Below, in pieces: positions 1-8,959 of a DNA stretch of 60,221 nucleotides (positions are counted from its first letter, which is position 1; each line of letters opens with the position of its first letter). The stretch spans positions 1 to 60,221 of the forward strand of contig JBGQMY010000005.1 of assembly GCA_041500865.1 (NCBI GenBank). The letters are read 5' to 3'. The translations under genes were made by a program, and so were the position numbers. The notes beneath the pieces were generated by a model, which saw nothing but the letters and a program-made list of their open reading frames with translations, ran no database searches and was not told where the DNA came from. The stretch is from Candidatus Micrarchaeia archaeon. Its GTDB lineage: Archaea; Micrarchaeota; Micrarchaeia; Anstonellales; J096.

Positions 1-1399
1 GGTTGAGGTACTGCATTGAAAGGTACGGATAAAGGTTGAACTTCCTTGTTTCCGCAAGTATGTCCCTTGTGACGCGGGTTTCCACCCTCGGGAACTCGTC
101 AATGACCAATATTGTTTTTTTATCCAGCTTTCCGGTAATTGCGAGAATGTACATCTGGTTTATGACAGCCCCGGCAAGGAAGTTTATCATCCTCCTGCCA
201 AAAAAGTTCGGGTTGAACGAAAGCACGGTTATGCGGTTTTCCTGCAGCAGGTCAAAAAGGCGCTCCTTGTTGATTGCCTTGCCGAGGTACAGCTGGTACT
301 CGCCGATGAAATTCAGTATCGGGAGCACGGCATCGTTGAAATGGTGGATGTAGATGTCATTAAATTCTTCATCAAAGAAACGCTTGACCTCGTCGTTTTC
401 GCATATGCTGACGAACTCAGCCTTCTTGGACGCGTCCGTAAGCAGCAAACTTATGTTGGCAAGGTTCAGCTTGTCAATGGACGAAAGCAAATGTACAGCG
501 TAAAAAAGCACCCTTTCGGAATACTTGTTCTCCTGGCCTATCGCTGAAGCAAGCAATTGGGCAACCAATTGAGTCATGAGCGGGGTCTTCTGCCCGCCGA
601 CCTCCAAAGGCTCAACATAATTGTCCGTGAAATTGACTATCTTCGCCCTGGGGAACATCCTTATGAACTCGGAGTGCGGGTCCAGCACGATTATCCTCAC
701 GTCGTCCCCGTACTTTTCCTCTATCGCCCTGAGGAAAACGTAAATGGCCTTGCTCTTCCCTGTCCCTGAGGCGCCCAGGAACAGCGTGTGCTGGAAAACG
801 TCAAAGTTGTCGGCGCCTATGCTCATGCCCGGCTCCTTGAAAATCGGGAACTTTGACGTCATCGCCATCTTCTTTGGTATCGGGTCCAGCAAGTCGATGT
901 ATATGGACGGGTTCTTTTCCAAATCAATGACGAAGAACTGCTCTGGCCTTGTCACAAGTATCATGCTCTTCTTGCCCTTGTCGTCAGTTGCTGAGCCCAT
1001 GGCTATGGTCCTTCCCAGTATCCTGGTGAACCCGAGCTGGACCTCCTCAAAGTTGCCCTTGAGCATGAAATTCAGGAACTCGCTCTTGCCTGAAAGGAAG
1101 AACAGCTTGGGCAGCGGAAGGTAGGAGCCCTTGGCAGTCTCTATGTCCTCTGCCTCAGAGAGGCGGAACGGGAATATGAGCGGGGAAAGGTTCTGCAGCT
1201 CCTTCTTGTCCTTGACAAAGAACATCAGGGTGTTGCTCTTTCTTTTGATTATCAGCTTCAGGAAAGTCAGCGAAAAGATGCCGGAAAGGTCAATGAATCC
1301 GAGAAGCGGGAGCCTGGACCTTGCCACGTGGTCAAGGAGGTTCTTGAATTCCTCAGAACTCACCTTCTCCGAGTAGAGGTGCAGGTTTCTTGCCTTCAT
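1..1399 (-). CDS. HerA/VirB4/VirD4-like (FtsK-HerA superfamily) ATPase, 3'-partial
   Basis: Not in the ORF track because it runs off the window. Manual minus-strand translation from ATG at 1399 (GGTGG RBS upstream): MKARNLHLYSEK...QHTLFLGASGTGKSK (Walker A)...VRIIVLDPHSEF...ILVIDEFPRV (Walker B)...LAETRKFNLYPYLSMQYL. Confidence 0.85.
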   Translation of the reverse strand, partial: MKARNLHLYSEKVSSEEFKNLLDHVARSRLPLLGFIDLSGIFSLTFLKLIIKRKSNTLMFFVKDKKELQNLSPLIFPFRLSEAEDIETAKGSYLPLPKLFFLSGKSEFLNFMLKGNFEEVQLGFTRILGRTIAMGSATDDKGKKSMILVTRPEQFFVIDLEKNPSIYIDLLDPIPKKMAMTSKFPIFKEPGMSIGADNFDVFQHTLFLGASGTGKSKAIYVFLRAIEEKYGDDVRIIVLDPHSEFIRMFPRAKIVNFTDNYVEPLEVGGQKTPLMTQLVAQLLASAIGQENKYSERVLFYAVHLLSSIDKLNLANISLLLTDASKKAEFVSICENDEVKRFFDEEFNDIYIHHFNDAVLPILNFIGEYQLYLGKAINKERLFDLLQENRITVLSFNPNFFGRRMINFLAGAVINQMYILAITGKLDKKTILVIDEFPRVETRVTRDILAETRKFNLYPYLSMQYLN

Positions 1400-1506
1400 T
1401 CATCCACCTTTTACAACATATATTATGCTAGTTAAAGTTTAAAAAGCCACGCCCTCCGACGGAGCAGGCTATGGAGTTTTTAAATGCGGCTTTCCAATAT
1501 GGGGGC

Positions 1507-3114
1507 ATGAAAAAGGCATTTGCGATGGCGTTTTTAGCGGCCATGGCCATTTCCGCGGCATATGAGGTCCATTTCCCGGCCATAAGCGGCAGCAACGGAA
1601 CGATAGTTTCGGCAAACATAAGCTGCGTGCCTGGCAGCGGAGACGGCGTAAGCCTGATGCTTCCGCCTTCCTTTGACAAGGACACGGTTGACTCCATGAT
1701 AAACGCGTACGGCCAGGCAAGCGAAAGAACAGGAAAATCCTGCCTTTCCACAGTCGTGTTCAACCCCGAAGAGGGGGACATAGAGGGGCCTTCTGGGGGC
1801 CTGGAGTTCCATCTTTTCTATTATGCCGTGCTTTCAGGAAAGGCATACCCGCCAGATGTCATCGCAACGGGCCAGATAGACGACAGCGGCAACGTTTACC
1901 CGGTAGGAGGCGAGTTTGAGAAGGCGGTTGCGGCAAGGGCGAAGGGGTACAGGCACTTCCTGGCCATGCCGTCAACAATATACGACTATTACCTTCTTTC
2001 CACGCTGAACGGCACGGATTTCCAGGTCGTTTTCGTAAGCACGCTGAGTGACGCACGGTCGTTCATTGACACCGGCAGGGCGCCGAAGTTTGATGCCGGA
2101 TACCTTGTTGAAACGCCCGAAGCAATCAATGAGGACAGCCCATACAACGCCAGCTGGCTGGAAAAATACGACGCATGGATGAAGGGCGATTTCATAAACG
2201 GGATTAATGATGCCAAGATGCCAAAGGAGCTAAGGGAAAGATACCTGGAATCTTACAACATAAGCGTTGAGCTGGAGCAAAAAGGCTATTACTACACAGC
2301 GGCAAATTACCTGTTCCTCAACCTCGCAAGCATAAAGGCGCTCAACAGGATGGCCAATGGAGGGAACATCAGCAGGGACGAGGTTGACAGCTGCATCGCG
2401 CAATACAGGGGGTTTGCCCCAACGTACGGGACGTATGAGCTTTATGCAGGCGCTGTGTCGCGCTTTGAAAGGGCGAACGAGCTGAAATTCGACACTACAG
2501 GCAACCTCTCGTCAACGGAGTTTGAGAACGCATACGAGCTTGAAAGGGCGCTGCTTTGGTGCAGGATGGCCGAATCGCTCTACAACGGCTCGGCCAAGGG
2601 AAACGGCCTGAATATGGAAGTGCTTAAGTCGGCGCTGCAGCCAAGGCTGTACAACATCTCATATTCCGGAGATGACGCCGACAGGGCAAGGCGCCTTTTC
2701 ATAGCCGGCGAGTATCTTGCGTCATACTACGAGCTGTCATATTTCATGTCAGCAGACAGCCTGAAGCCGGAGCTGATGAAGAATTACACAACAAAATGGG
2801 GCAGCGCGTTCGCAGGCCAGGCATATTACCTCAATAAAACGGGCCAGCAGTCGGCAAGCGCCTCATCGCTCGCCAATTACATGGAGGAAATGAGGTACTA
2901 CCTGGTTGGCGGCGCAAACGCAACCGGGAACGCAAACCTTGAGGCAAGCAAAAATGCTGCAGAGGCGCAGTTCGCGCAGGAAACCGGGGAGAGTGGATTT
3001 AAAATATTAACTGTCCTAATTGCGATTGCAGCGGTTATGGCAATAGCATACGCCATGGCATACGCGGGAAAGGCAAGGGGCTACGCTTATGGAGATAAAC
3101 GCAAAAACGGCTGA
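1507..3114 (+). CDS. Membrane-anchored Lon-like (S16) serine protease domain protein without AAA domain
   Basis: Signal peptide; EGPSGG (catalytic Ser); ATGQIDDSGNVYPVGGEFEK (catalytic Lys); C-terminal TM helix. Confidence 0.8.
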   Translation: MKKAFAMAFLAAMAISAAYEVHFPAISGSNGTIVSANISCVPGSGDGVSLMLPPSFDKDTVDSMINAYGQASERTGKSCLSTVVFNPEEGDIEGPSGGLEFHLFYYAVLSGKAYPPDVIATGQIDDSGNVYPVGGEFEKAVAARAKGYRHFLAMPSTIYDYYLLSTLNGTDFQVVFVSTLSDARSFIDTGRAPKFDAGYLVETPEAINEDSPYNASWLEKYDAWMKGDFINGINDAKMPKELRERYLESYNISVELEQKGYYYTAANYLFLNLASIKALNRMANGGNISRDEVDSCIAQYRGFAPTYGTYELYAGAVSRFERANELKFDTTGNLSSTEFENAYELERALLWCRMAESLYNGSAKGNGLNMEVLKSALQPRLYNISYSGDDADRARRLFIAGEYLASYYELSYFMSADSLKPELMKNYTTKWGSAFAGQAYYLNKTGQQSASASSLANYMEEMRYYLVGGANATGNANLEASKNAAEAQFAQETGESGFKILTVLIAIAAVMAIAYAMAYAGKARGYAYGDKRKNG

Positions 3115-3862
3115 AAGGATAATCAAGCTGCGGAAAAACATTTCAAACATCGAGTACATCAACGAGCTCAGGAAAGCCGGCAACGGGAAGGAGGTTGACG
3201 GCAGCGCTGCAAAGGAGGAGCACGAGAGGCTGATGTCTGACCTGAATTCAAAAGGGTATGTGTTCGTCCTGCCGTTCGCGAAAAGGCTTGAGGCGATGTC
3301 GGAAATCGCCGGGGCGGACAGGGGCGCGCTGCTGAACGGGCTGAGGAGCAGGGCGGGGCCTGTCTGGGAGAAGATACTGGAGAAGAACAGCCTGTTCTCG
3401 TTCTACATGAACAACACGCTGGAGATTGCGCTCTTGAGCAACACCGTCAACAGGCTGCCTGAGGCCGAAAGGGAGAGAATGAGGCTTGCCGTTGAGGCCG
3501 GGAACATTGACGCGGAAATGGAGATTCCGTACCTGCACAAGGAGCTTGAGAGGATGCTCAACAGGGTCGGCATAGCATGCGTTTCCTCAAACAACAAGAT
3601 AATGCCCGGAAAGCTGGATGACCACGAGGTCAAGATGACTGTCAAGGACAGGGGCATCTGGGTCCCCTCAAGCCAGAAAGAGATGGTCATGGCCAGCATA
3701 AAGGAGTGGGAGGCCATAAGCACGCAAATACAGGTGAAGAACGCCAAGAGGCAGATAATGCAGTTTGAGGGGCAGGACGAGCAGGATTTCCAGACCTTGC
3801 AGCTGAGGTACCTTGAGCTGATAAAGAAGATGGACGAAATACTTCTGAAGTACGGTAGTTGA
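3089..3862 (+). CDS. Hypothetical protein
   Basis: 257-aa ORF overlapping the upstream gene, genome-typical codon usage. Confidence 0.7.
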   Translation: MEINAKTAERIIKLRKNISNIEYINELRKAGNGKEVDGSAAKEEHERLMSDLNSKGYVFVLPFAKRLEAMSEIAGADRGALLNGLRSRAGPVWEKILEKNSLFSFYMNNTLEIALLSNTVNRLPEAERERMRLAVEAGNIDAEMEIPYLHKELERMLNRVGIACVSSNNKIMPGKLDDHEVKMTVKDRGIWVPSSQKEMVMASIKEWEAISTQIQVKNAKRQIMQFEGQDEQDFQTLQLRYLELIKKMDEILLKYGS

Positions 3863-3863
3863 A

Positions 3864-4271
3864 ATGCGTTACGAGAAGGCGCCTGAGATTGAGGACTTGG
3901 CTTACGACATAGCCAGGACGCTTGACATGAAGAACATCGTTTCCTCGCGCGTCATTGGCATGAGGAGCTTCGGCAGCAAGGGCAGGGCGATAGCGCGCAT
4001 ATGGAGCTTCCCGAAGATATGGCAGGCTGCGCTTGAGCTTTCCGGGCCGTTTTACGTCATAGAAGTCATACACGAGCGCTACGATTCGCTTGACAGCAAG
4101 GAAAAGGCAAAGACGATTATTCACGAACTGCTGCACATCCCGCAGAGCTTCGGAGGAGGACTCTTGGGCCATGGGCAGGCGAAGATAAACAGGATTACGG
4201 AAGAGAGGCTTTACGCTGAATACTTCAAGAGGAAGACGAGCGGCCAAGGAAGCGATGCGGAAGAGGATTAG
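3864..4271 (+). CDS. Putative zincin metallopeptidase (phage metallopeptidase/SprT-like)
   Basis: IIHELLHIP HExxH motif; ARIWSFPKIWQ and YVIEVI motifs typical of this small archaeal family. Confidence 0.8.
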   Translation: MRYEKAPEIEDLAYDIARTLDMKNIVSSRVIGMRSFGSKGRAIARIWSFPKIWQAALELSGPFYVIEVIHERYDSLDSKEKAKTIIHELLHIPQSFGGGLLGHGQAKINRITEERLYAEYFKRKTSGQGSDAEED

Positions 4272-4274
4272 GCG

Positions 4275-5381
4275 CTATTGATCCATGCACTGGCGAAATG
4301 ACGCCATAAAAGGAACGGGGCTTTCATTTCCAACTGTTGCCGCAATCAACTGTAATTGATTATCCATTAATTCAAAAAAACGCACGGTTTCCGTATATTT
4401 CCTTTTTCTTGCCTCGCTCAAGACTGTCTTGCCGTCATTGTTACTTGCGGCAATGAATTCCCTTGGGTCCATGCCAGCTTTTGTGCATTCGTCAATAAGC
4501 AATTTGCAGGCATTATCCCTCCCCCAAAATGCGGCAGAATGCAGGGCAGTATTGCCGTTATTGTCTGTTGCGGTGATCAGCTTTTTTACGTCGCCTCCGG
4601 CTTTTGCGCATTCCCTTATCAGCAAGATGCAGTTTTTGGCGCCCCTCCCAGATCCGGCAGCAAGATGAAACGGCGTCAGGCCATAATTATTCTTTGCAAG
4701 AATCAATTCCTTTGGGTCTCCGCCCGCTTCCCTGTATTCCCTAATGAGCAGGGCGCAGGTTTCAGAATTCTCGCTGCCTACTGCGCGGGACAGGAGTGTC
4801 ATGTTGCTGTTGTCTTTTGCGTCAATCAGCTCCTTTGCGCTTCCTTTGGCTTTTTTCCATTCTTTCAATAAGATGGCACAGGTTTCTGTGTGCCCGCCCC
4901 ATGCGGCCAGGTAAAAAGCTGACATGCCGTCTTTGTCCCTTGCGTCAATCAGCTCCTTCGGGTTTCCGCCTAATTTTGCATATTCGCCCATAAGCAGTTC
5001 GCAGATTTGCGGCTGTCCCCATTTTGCGGCCCAGTGCAGGGGCGTCAAGCCATCCTTGTCCTTTGCGGCAATCATCTCCTTCGGGTCTTTGCCTGCGCTC
5101 CCGCATTCTTCCATAATCAGGATGCAGGAATCGGCATATCCCCCGCATGCTATCCAGTGCAGGGGCGTTTGGCCATCAATATTCTTTGTGAAGATGTCAG
5201 CGCCTGCCTTTATGAGCGGCCATATATTCTCATCATTGTGATCTCTTCCAGCATATAAAAGATCGCAGTCAAGCCGTCCCTGCTCCAATATGGACCGCGC
5301 CGGCTTTTCGCTCGGCAGGATGTCTACCCTTGTTGTAAGCGGCTTTGCGGGGATTTTCTTTTGCATCTGCCTTTGCTGCAT
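4275..5381 (-). CDS. Ankyrin-repeat protein (ank1)
   Basis: About 7 repeats (GQTPLHW, GLTPLHWAA, GNTALHSAA); C-terminus FMASFRQCMDQ. Confidence 0.92.
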   Translation of the reverse strand: MQQRQMQKKIPAKPLTTRVDILPSEKPARSILEQGRLDCDLLYAGRDHNDENIWPLIKAGADIFTKNIDGQTPLHWIACGGYADSCILIMEECGSAGKDPKEMIAAKDKDGLTPLHWAAKWGQPQICELLMGEYAKLGGNPKELIDARDKDGMSAFYLAAWGGHTETCAILLKEWKKAKGSAKELIDAKDNSNMTLLSRAVGSENSETCALLIREYREAGGDPKELILAKNNYGLTPFHLAAGSGRGAKNCILLIRECAKAGGDVKKLITATDNNGNTALHSAAFWGRDNACKLLIDECTKAGMDPREFIAASNNDGKTVLSEARKRKYTETVRFFELMDNQLQLIAATVGNESPVPFMASFRQCMDQ

Positions 5382-5410
5382 ATGCCTATTGTGCGCAAAA
5401 GGGATTAAAA
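5382..5410 (-). promoter_or_regulatory. Ankyrin-gene promoter motif (TATA + TTTGCGCACAAT)
   Basis: TTTTAATCCCTTTTGCGCACAATAGGCAT-ATG; similar motif and spacing at the other ank genes. Confidence 0.6.
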
Positions 5411-5422
5411 CGCTATTGGCCC

Positions 5423-5869
5423 CTACGGAAATCTCTTCCTTGTAAGCGAAACATACGTAATCCTTCCGTCCCTGACAAAGGCATAAACCAGCTCTTTTCT
5501 CATCTTGCCGGCAATGAGCGAATCCTCAAGCAGGCTTCCTGTCTTGACTGAATCTTCAGGAACCACTTTCAGGAGGTACAGCGTCCTGTCCTCCCCAGGC
5601 CTGAATCCCTTCCTGTATACGCGGAAGAAATCCCCTGAAAGCGAAAGCCGGAGTATGTAGCCGTTTTCGCGCAGGTCCTTGTACACAAGGTATTTCTCTG
5701 CCATGCCCTTTTCCGAAAGAAAAGAAAATCCCTTCTTCAGCTTGATGTATCCCTTCTCTGCGGCATAGGCGGCCTCAAACTCGTGAAGAATTAGTTTTCC
5801 GTCTTTTTCGATGCCGAAGCCAAGCTCCATGAGCCTGTCGTCTTTAGGGAGAATAATAAGCGCCATCAT
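5423..5869 (-). CDS. endA: tRNA-intron endonuclease family subunit, probably structural (non-catalytic)
   Basis: YLVYKDLRENGY...FRVYRKG...LLKVVPEDS...MRKELVYAFV matches the EndA fold; the catalytic His position reads R (EDRT). Confidence 0.8.
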   Translation of the reverse strand: MMALIILPKDDRLMELGFGIEKDGKLILHEFEAAYAAEKGYIKLKKGFSFLSEKGMAEKYLVYKDLRENGYILRLSLSGDFFRVYRKGFRPGEDRTLYLLKVVPEDSVKTGSLLEDSLIAGKMRKELVYAFVRDGRITYVSLTRKRFP

Positions 5870-6321
5870 TCATTACCTTGGCCCTTTGCGGATTCCATCC
5901 TTTCATTTATCTCTTTGTAGAGCCTGTCGCAGTCGCCTGCAGGGAGGTCCTCTATGACAAGGTCCATGCCCGCCTCGCCGGCAGTGTCCAGCATCAGCGT
6001 CTTTAAGCCAAAGATGCGGTTGAACAGCGACACGTCCATCCTGGTGCTGGTTATCTTGGAATATGGGTAGTTCACAACTGACTTGTTGACGATGCCGCTT
6101 GAGAAGACCACGCCCTTGTCCGTGCTCTCGATGGACGTTGAGCTATATGCCACAAATGCCGATATGTCGGCAAGGACGCAGGCTATTACGACAACAGCGG
6201 CCAATGGCAGGAAAAGCTCTCCGACGAGCGATGAAAGTAGGAAAAGAACTGCCAGCAAAACCAGGCCCGACAATATGACTGCGGCCCTTTTCTTGATGTG
6301 GCTGCGCTTGACAATGACCAT
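5866..6321 (-). CDS. Membrane protein with bacterial PH domain (bPH_2-like)
   Basis: Two TM helices, then SGIVNK...PYSKIT...RIFGLKTL..DTAG. Confidence 0.75.
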   Translation of the reverse strand: MVIVKRSHIKKRAAVILSGLVLLAVLFLLSSLVGELFLPLAAVVVIACVLADISAFVAYSSTSIESTDKGVVFSSGIVNKSVVNYPYSKITSTRMDVSLFNRIFGLKTLMLDTAGEAGMDLVIEDLPAGDCDRLYKEINERMESAKGQGNE

Positions 6322-6443
6322 AAGCGGATAAGATGCGAAAGCATTTAAAAACATGCCATGGCAAGATAAGAAGACGCGCCCAAGGCGGCGCCACAATATT
6401 TAAATGTTTCATGGCAAATGCCAGAAACGCAAAAGGTGATTGA

Positions 6444-6872
6444 GTGACAACAGTGTATGACGTTGAAGCTGACAGCCTCATAAGGGCGGCGGCAGGCAAG
6501 CTTAAGGAGATGGGGCTGAAGAAGCCGGATTTCGTTGGCCTGGTGAAGACAGGGAGCCATTCCGAGAGGCCGCCGGAGCAGGAGGGATTCTGGTGGGTCA
6601 GGGCAGCCTCCATTTTGAGGAAGATATACATGAACGCCAACATGGGCGTGAACAGGCTCAGGAGGGAATACGGGGCCAAGAAGAGGATGGGCGTAAAGCC
6701 GCCGCACTTCAGGCTGGCGGGGGGCAAGACCAACAGGGTGGCGCTCCAGGAGCTGGAAAAGCTCGGGCTGCTGAAAAAGGGCGAGAACGGGAAGGGAAGG
6801 GTTCTAACGCCTGCAGGGTTCAAGTTCATGGACAGCGCGGCCAGGGAGGCCTCAAAGGGTGCGAAGAAGTGA
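6444..6872 (+). CDS. rps19e: 30S ribosomal protein S19e
   Basis: TTVYDV...VKTGSHSERPP...WWVRAASILRKIY. Confidence 0.97.
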   Translation: MTTVYDVEADSLIRAAAGKLKEMGLKKPDFVGLVKTGSHSERPPEQEGFWWVRAASILRKIYMNANMGVNRLRREYGAKKRMGVKPPHFRLAGGKTNRVALQELEKLGLLKKGENGKGRVLTPAGFKFMDSAAREASKGAKK

Positions 6873-7135
6873 GCGATGAAGCGAACCAGCAGGAGAGGGC
6901 ACAGCAGGAAGAGCAGGTGTCCAGGCTCCTGAAGGCCGGGATGGCTCCGGAGGCGTATGAAAGGCTCATAACCGTCAAGGCCGCGGACCATAAGGTCTAT
7001 GAGGCCGCGCTCAGGTACGTCCTTTATTACGTGCAAAAGGGGCAGAAGGTTGACGACAGGGCGCTTGTCAAGATACTGGAGACGGTTTCCTCGTCAATGA
7101 GGAAGGACGTCAGCATAAGTTTCAAGAGGAAATAG
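6869..7135 (+). CDS. PDCD5-like dsDNA-binding protein
   Basis: GTG overlaps the S19e stop; MAPEAYERLITVK...KVDDRALVKIL...ISFKRK; conserved position after S19e. Confidence 0.85.
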   Translation: MSDEANQQERAQQEEQVSRLLKAGMAPEAYERLITVKAADHKVYEAALRYVLYYVQKGQKVDDRALVKILETVSSSMRKDVSISFKRK

Positions 7136-7144
7136 GCGATTGAA

Positions 7145-7342
7145 ATGTCAAAGGCAAAGAGCAACAAGCTTAAGATGTGGTTAGCAAACAAGAACAGGGC
7201 CAACAGGGGCGTCCCGACCTTCGTGGTCTCAAAGACCAAGATGAAAGTGCGGTACAGCAAGAAGAGGAGGCACTGGAGGACCGAGAAGCTGGGCACGGAC
7301 TACGTGAAGACGAACAAATTCGGCAAGAAGGGAAAGAAGTGA
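7145..7342 (+). CDS. rpl39e: 50S ribosomal protein L39e
   Basis: NRGVPTFVVSKT...KRRHWRTEKL. Confidence 0.93.
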   Translation: MSKAKSNKLKMWLANKNRANRGVPTFVVSKTKMKVRYSKKRRHWRTEKLGTDYVKTNKFGKKGKK

Positions 7343-7347
7343 TTGTT

Positions 7348-7791
7348 ATGGCAGACGAAAAGGTTTACACTATCAACCTCAGGGACGCGTTCGACAAGCC
7401 AAGGGGGAAGAGGGCGCCCAAGGCGATTGACATGATTAGGGCGTTCGTAGGAAGGCATATGAAGGTCGGCTCCGAAAACGTGAGCGTAAGCAACAAGCTG
7501 AATGCGATAATATGGGCAAGGGGCATACAGAAGCCGCCAAGGAAAGTTAAAGTTAAAGTGGCAAAAACAGGCGGCATCGCCCTTGTCTACCACATAGACG
7601 AGAAGATAGAGCAGCCGAAGCCGGCCGAGAAGAAAGGGGAGAAGAAGGCTGAAGGCAAGGAGGAAAGGAAGGCCGAGGCCAAGGAAGAGAAAAAAGAGGG
7701 CGCGAAAAAGGAAGAGAAGCAGGAAAAGGCCGGAAAGGGGGCCGAAACCCCCCAGAAGAAGCCGGCGGAAAAGAAGGAAGATAAAGGATGA
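7348..7791 (+). CDS. rpl31e: 50S ribosomal protein L31e with Lys/Glu-rich tail
   Basis: VYTINLR...RAPKAI...RHMK...LNAIIWARGIQKPPRKVKV. Confidence 0.95.
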   Translation: MADEKVYTINLRDAFDKPRGKRAPKAIDMIRAFVGRHMKVGSENVSVSNKLNAIIWARGIQKPPRKVKVKVAKTGGIALVYHIDEKIEQPKPAEKKGEKKAEGKEERKAEAKEEKKEGAKKEEKQEKAGKGAETPQKKPAEKKEDKG

Positions 7792-8447
7792 TTGGCAGGG
7801 CCAACTACTACGGCAACCCGTTCATAGGGCTTTTTGCAGTAGCGAATGACAGATTGGCCATAGTCCCTTCTGGAAGCTCCAGCCCATTCGTCTCAAGGAT
7901 AAGGGAAAGCCTCAGTGTGGAAATTGTGGAAACCCTTGTCAACGAAAGCAACCTGCTTGGCATATACATGTGCATGGGCAATGAGAGCCTGGTCATACAG
8001 GAAGGCATCAATGAAACTGAAAAGAAGGCGCTTGGCTCAACGGGCCTCAATGTCGTGTACATGAAAGAAAGGCACAATGCGTGGGGGAACAACCTGTGCA
8101 TGACCTCCAAGGGCGGGATAATAAACGACGGCGTGCCAAAAGAGTCAATTAAAAAACTTGAGGACAGCCTTGGCATTGAAATCGTTCCCATGAACGTTGA
8201 CGGCTACCACACTGTCGGCAGGGTCGTAATCGCGACAGAGAAAGGTTTTGCGGTAAAGAACAGGGCGACGGAAGAGGAGATAAAGCTCATTGAATCGGTG
8301 TTGAAGGTGAAGGGCGGCGTTGCGACAGCCAACATGGGAAGCATGTTCGTGTCCGCATGCGCGATAGCCAACTCAAGCGGGCTGCTGATAGGCGAGCAGA
8401 CAACGGGCATAGAGACCTCAAGGCTGCATGACGCGCTGTGCCTTTAG
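7788..8447 (+). CDS. eif6: Translation initiation factor 6
   Basis: GNPFIGLFAVAND...TANMGS...ANSSGLLIGEQTTGIE; conserved operon position. Confidence 0.93.
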   Translation: MIGRANYYGNPFIGLFAVANDRLAIVPSGSSSPFVSRIRESLSVEIVETLVNESNLLGIYMCMGNESLVIQEGINETEKKALGSTGLNVVYMKERHNAWGNNLCMTSKGGIINDGVPKESIKKLEDSLGIEIVPMNVDGYHTVGRVVIATEKGFAVKNRATEEEIKLIESVLKVKGGVATANMGSMFVSACAIANSSGLLIGEQTTGIETSRLHDALCL

Positions 8448-8457
8448 GGGCGTTATC

Positions 8458-8781
8458 ATGATAGCATATGACGATTTTGCGAAGCTGGACATAAGGATAG
8501 GGACTGTTGAAAGCGCGGAAGACGTCCCGGGAAGCGAGAAGCTGCTCAAGCTTGTAGTAAACGTGGGCGAGGAGAAGAGGACGCTGATGGCGGGAATAAG
8601 GAAATGGTACGCAAAGGAGCAGCTCGCCGGCAGGCAGATAGCAATCCTTTTTAACCTTGAGCCCAGAATGATATTTGGCGTTGAAAGCCATGGCATGATT
8701 CTCGCGGCCGAGGACGCGGACGGAAAACTTTCCGTGCTGTGCCCGGACAAGGGAATGGCGAATGGCGCAAAGGTGAAATGA
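8458..8781 (+). CDS. Stand-alone tRNA-binding OB-fold protein (Trbp111/CsaA/MetRS C-terminal-like)
   Basis: YDDFAKLDIRIG...KLLKL...NLEPR..FGVESHGMILAA. Confidence 0.9.
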   Translation: MIAYDDFAKLDIRIGTVESAEDVPGSEKLLKLVVNVGEEKRTLMAGIRKWYAKEQLAGRQIAILFNLEPRMIFGVESHGMILAAEDADGKLSVLCPDKGMANGAKVK

Positions 8782-8782
8782 C

Positions 8783-8959
8783 ATGAAATTCAAGGTTACG
8801 GGATTTGTCAGGCTGGGAAGCGGGAAAAGGCATTTTGAGAAGGAAGTTGAAGGCAAGAACGAGTCACACGCGAAGCACATTGCGCTCTCCCTTTTCGGCT
8901 CCAACAACGGGGTCAAGAGGTCCAACATCGAGATAAGCGAAGTAAAGAAGGTGGGATGA
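8783..8959 (+). CDS. rplX: 50S ribosomal protein LX (L18Ae/L20)
   Basis: Below the ORF-track size. Manual translation MKFKVTGFVRLGSGKRHFEKEVEGKNESHAKHIALSLFGSNNGVKRSNIEISEVKKVG; conserved position before prefoldin. Confidence 0.9.
   Translation: MKFKVTGFVRLGSGKRHFEKEVEGKNESHAKHIALSLFGSNNGVKRSNIEISEVKKVG

Noticed and set aside
36-1376. Plus-strand ORFs in the track (36, 341, 557, 744, 1131)
   Set aside because: They are antisense shadows of the minus-strand ATPase gene, which carries clear Walker motifs.
4265-5418. ggattaggcgctattg / ggattaaaacgctattg flanking ank1 as a target-site duplication
   Set aside because: Short and imperfect. One copy is a BRE/TATA-like sequence also seen before proS and the other includes the stop codon, so chance cannot be excluded.
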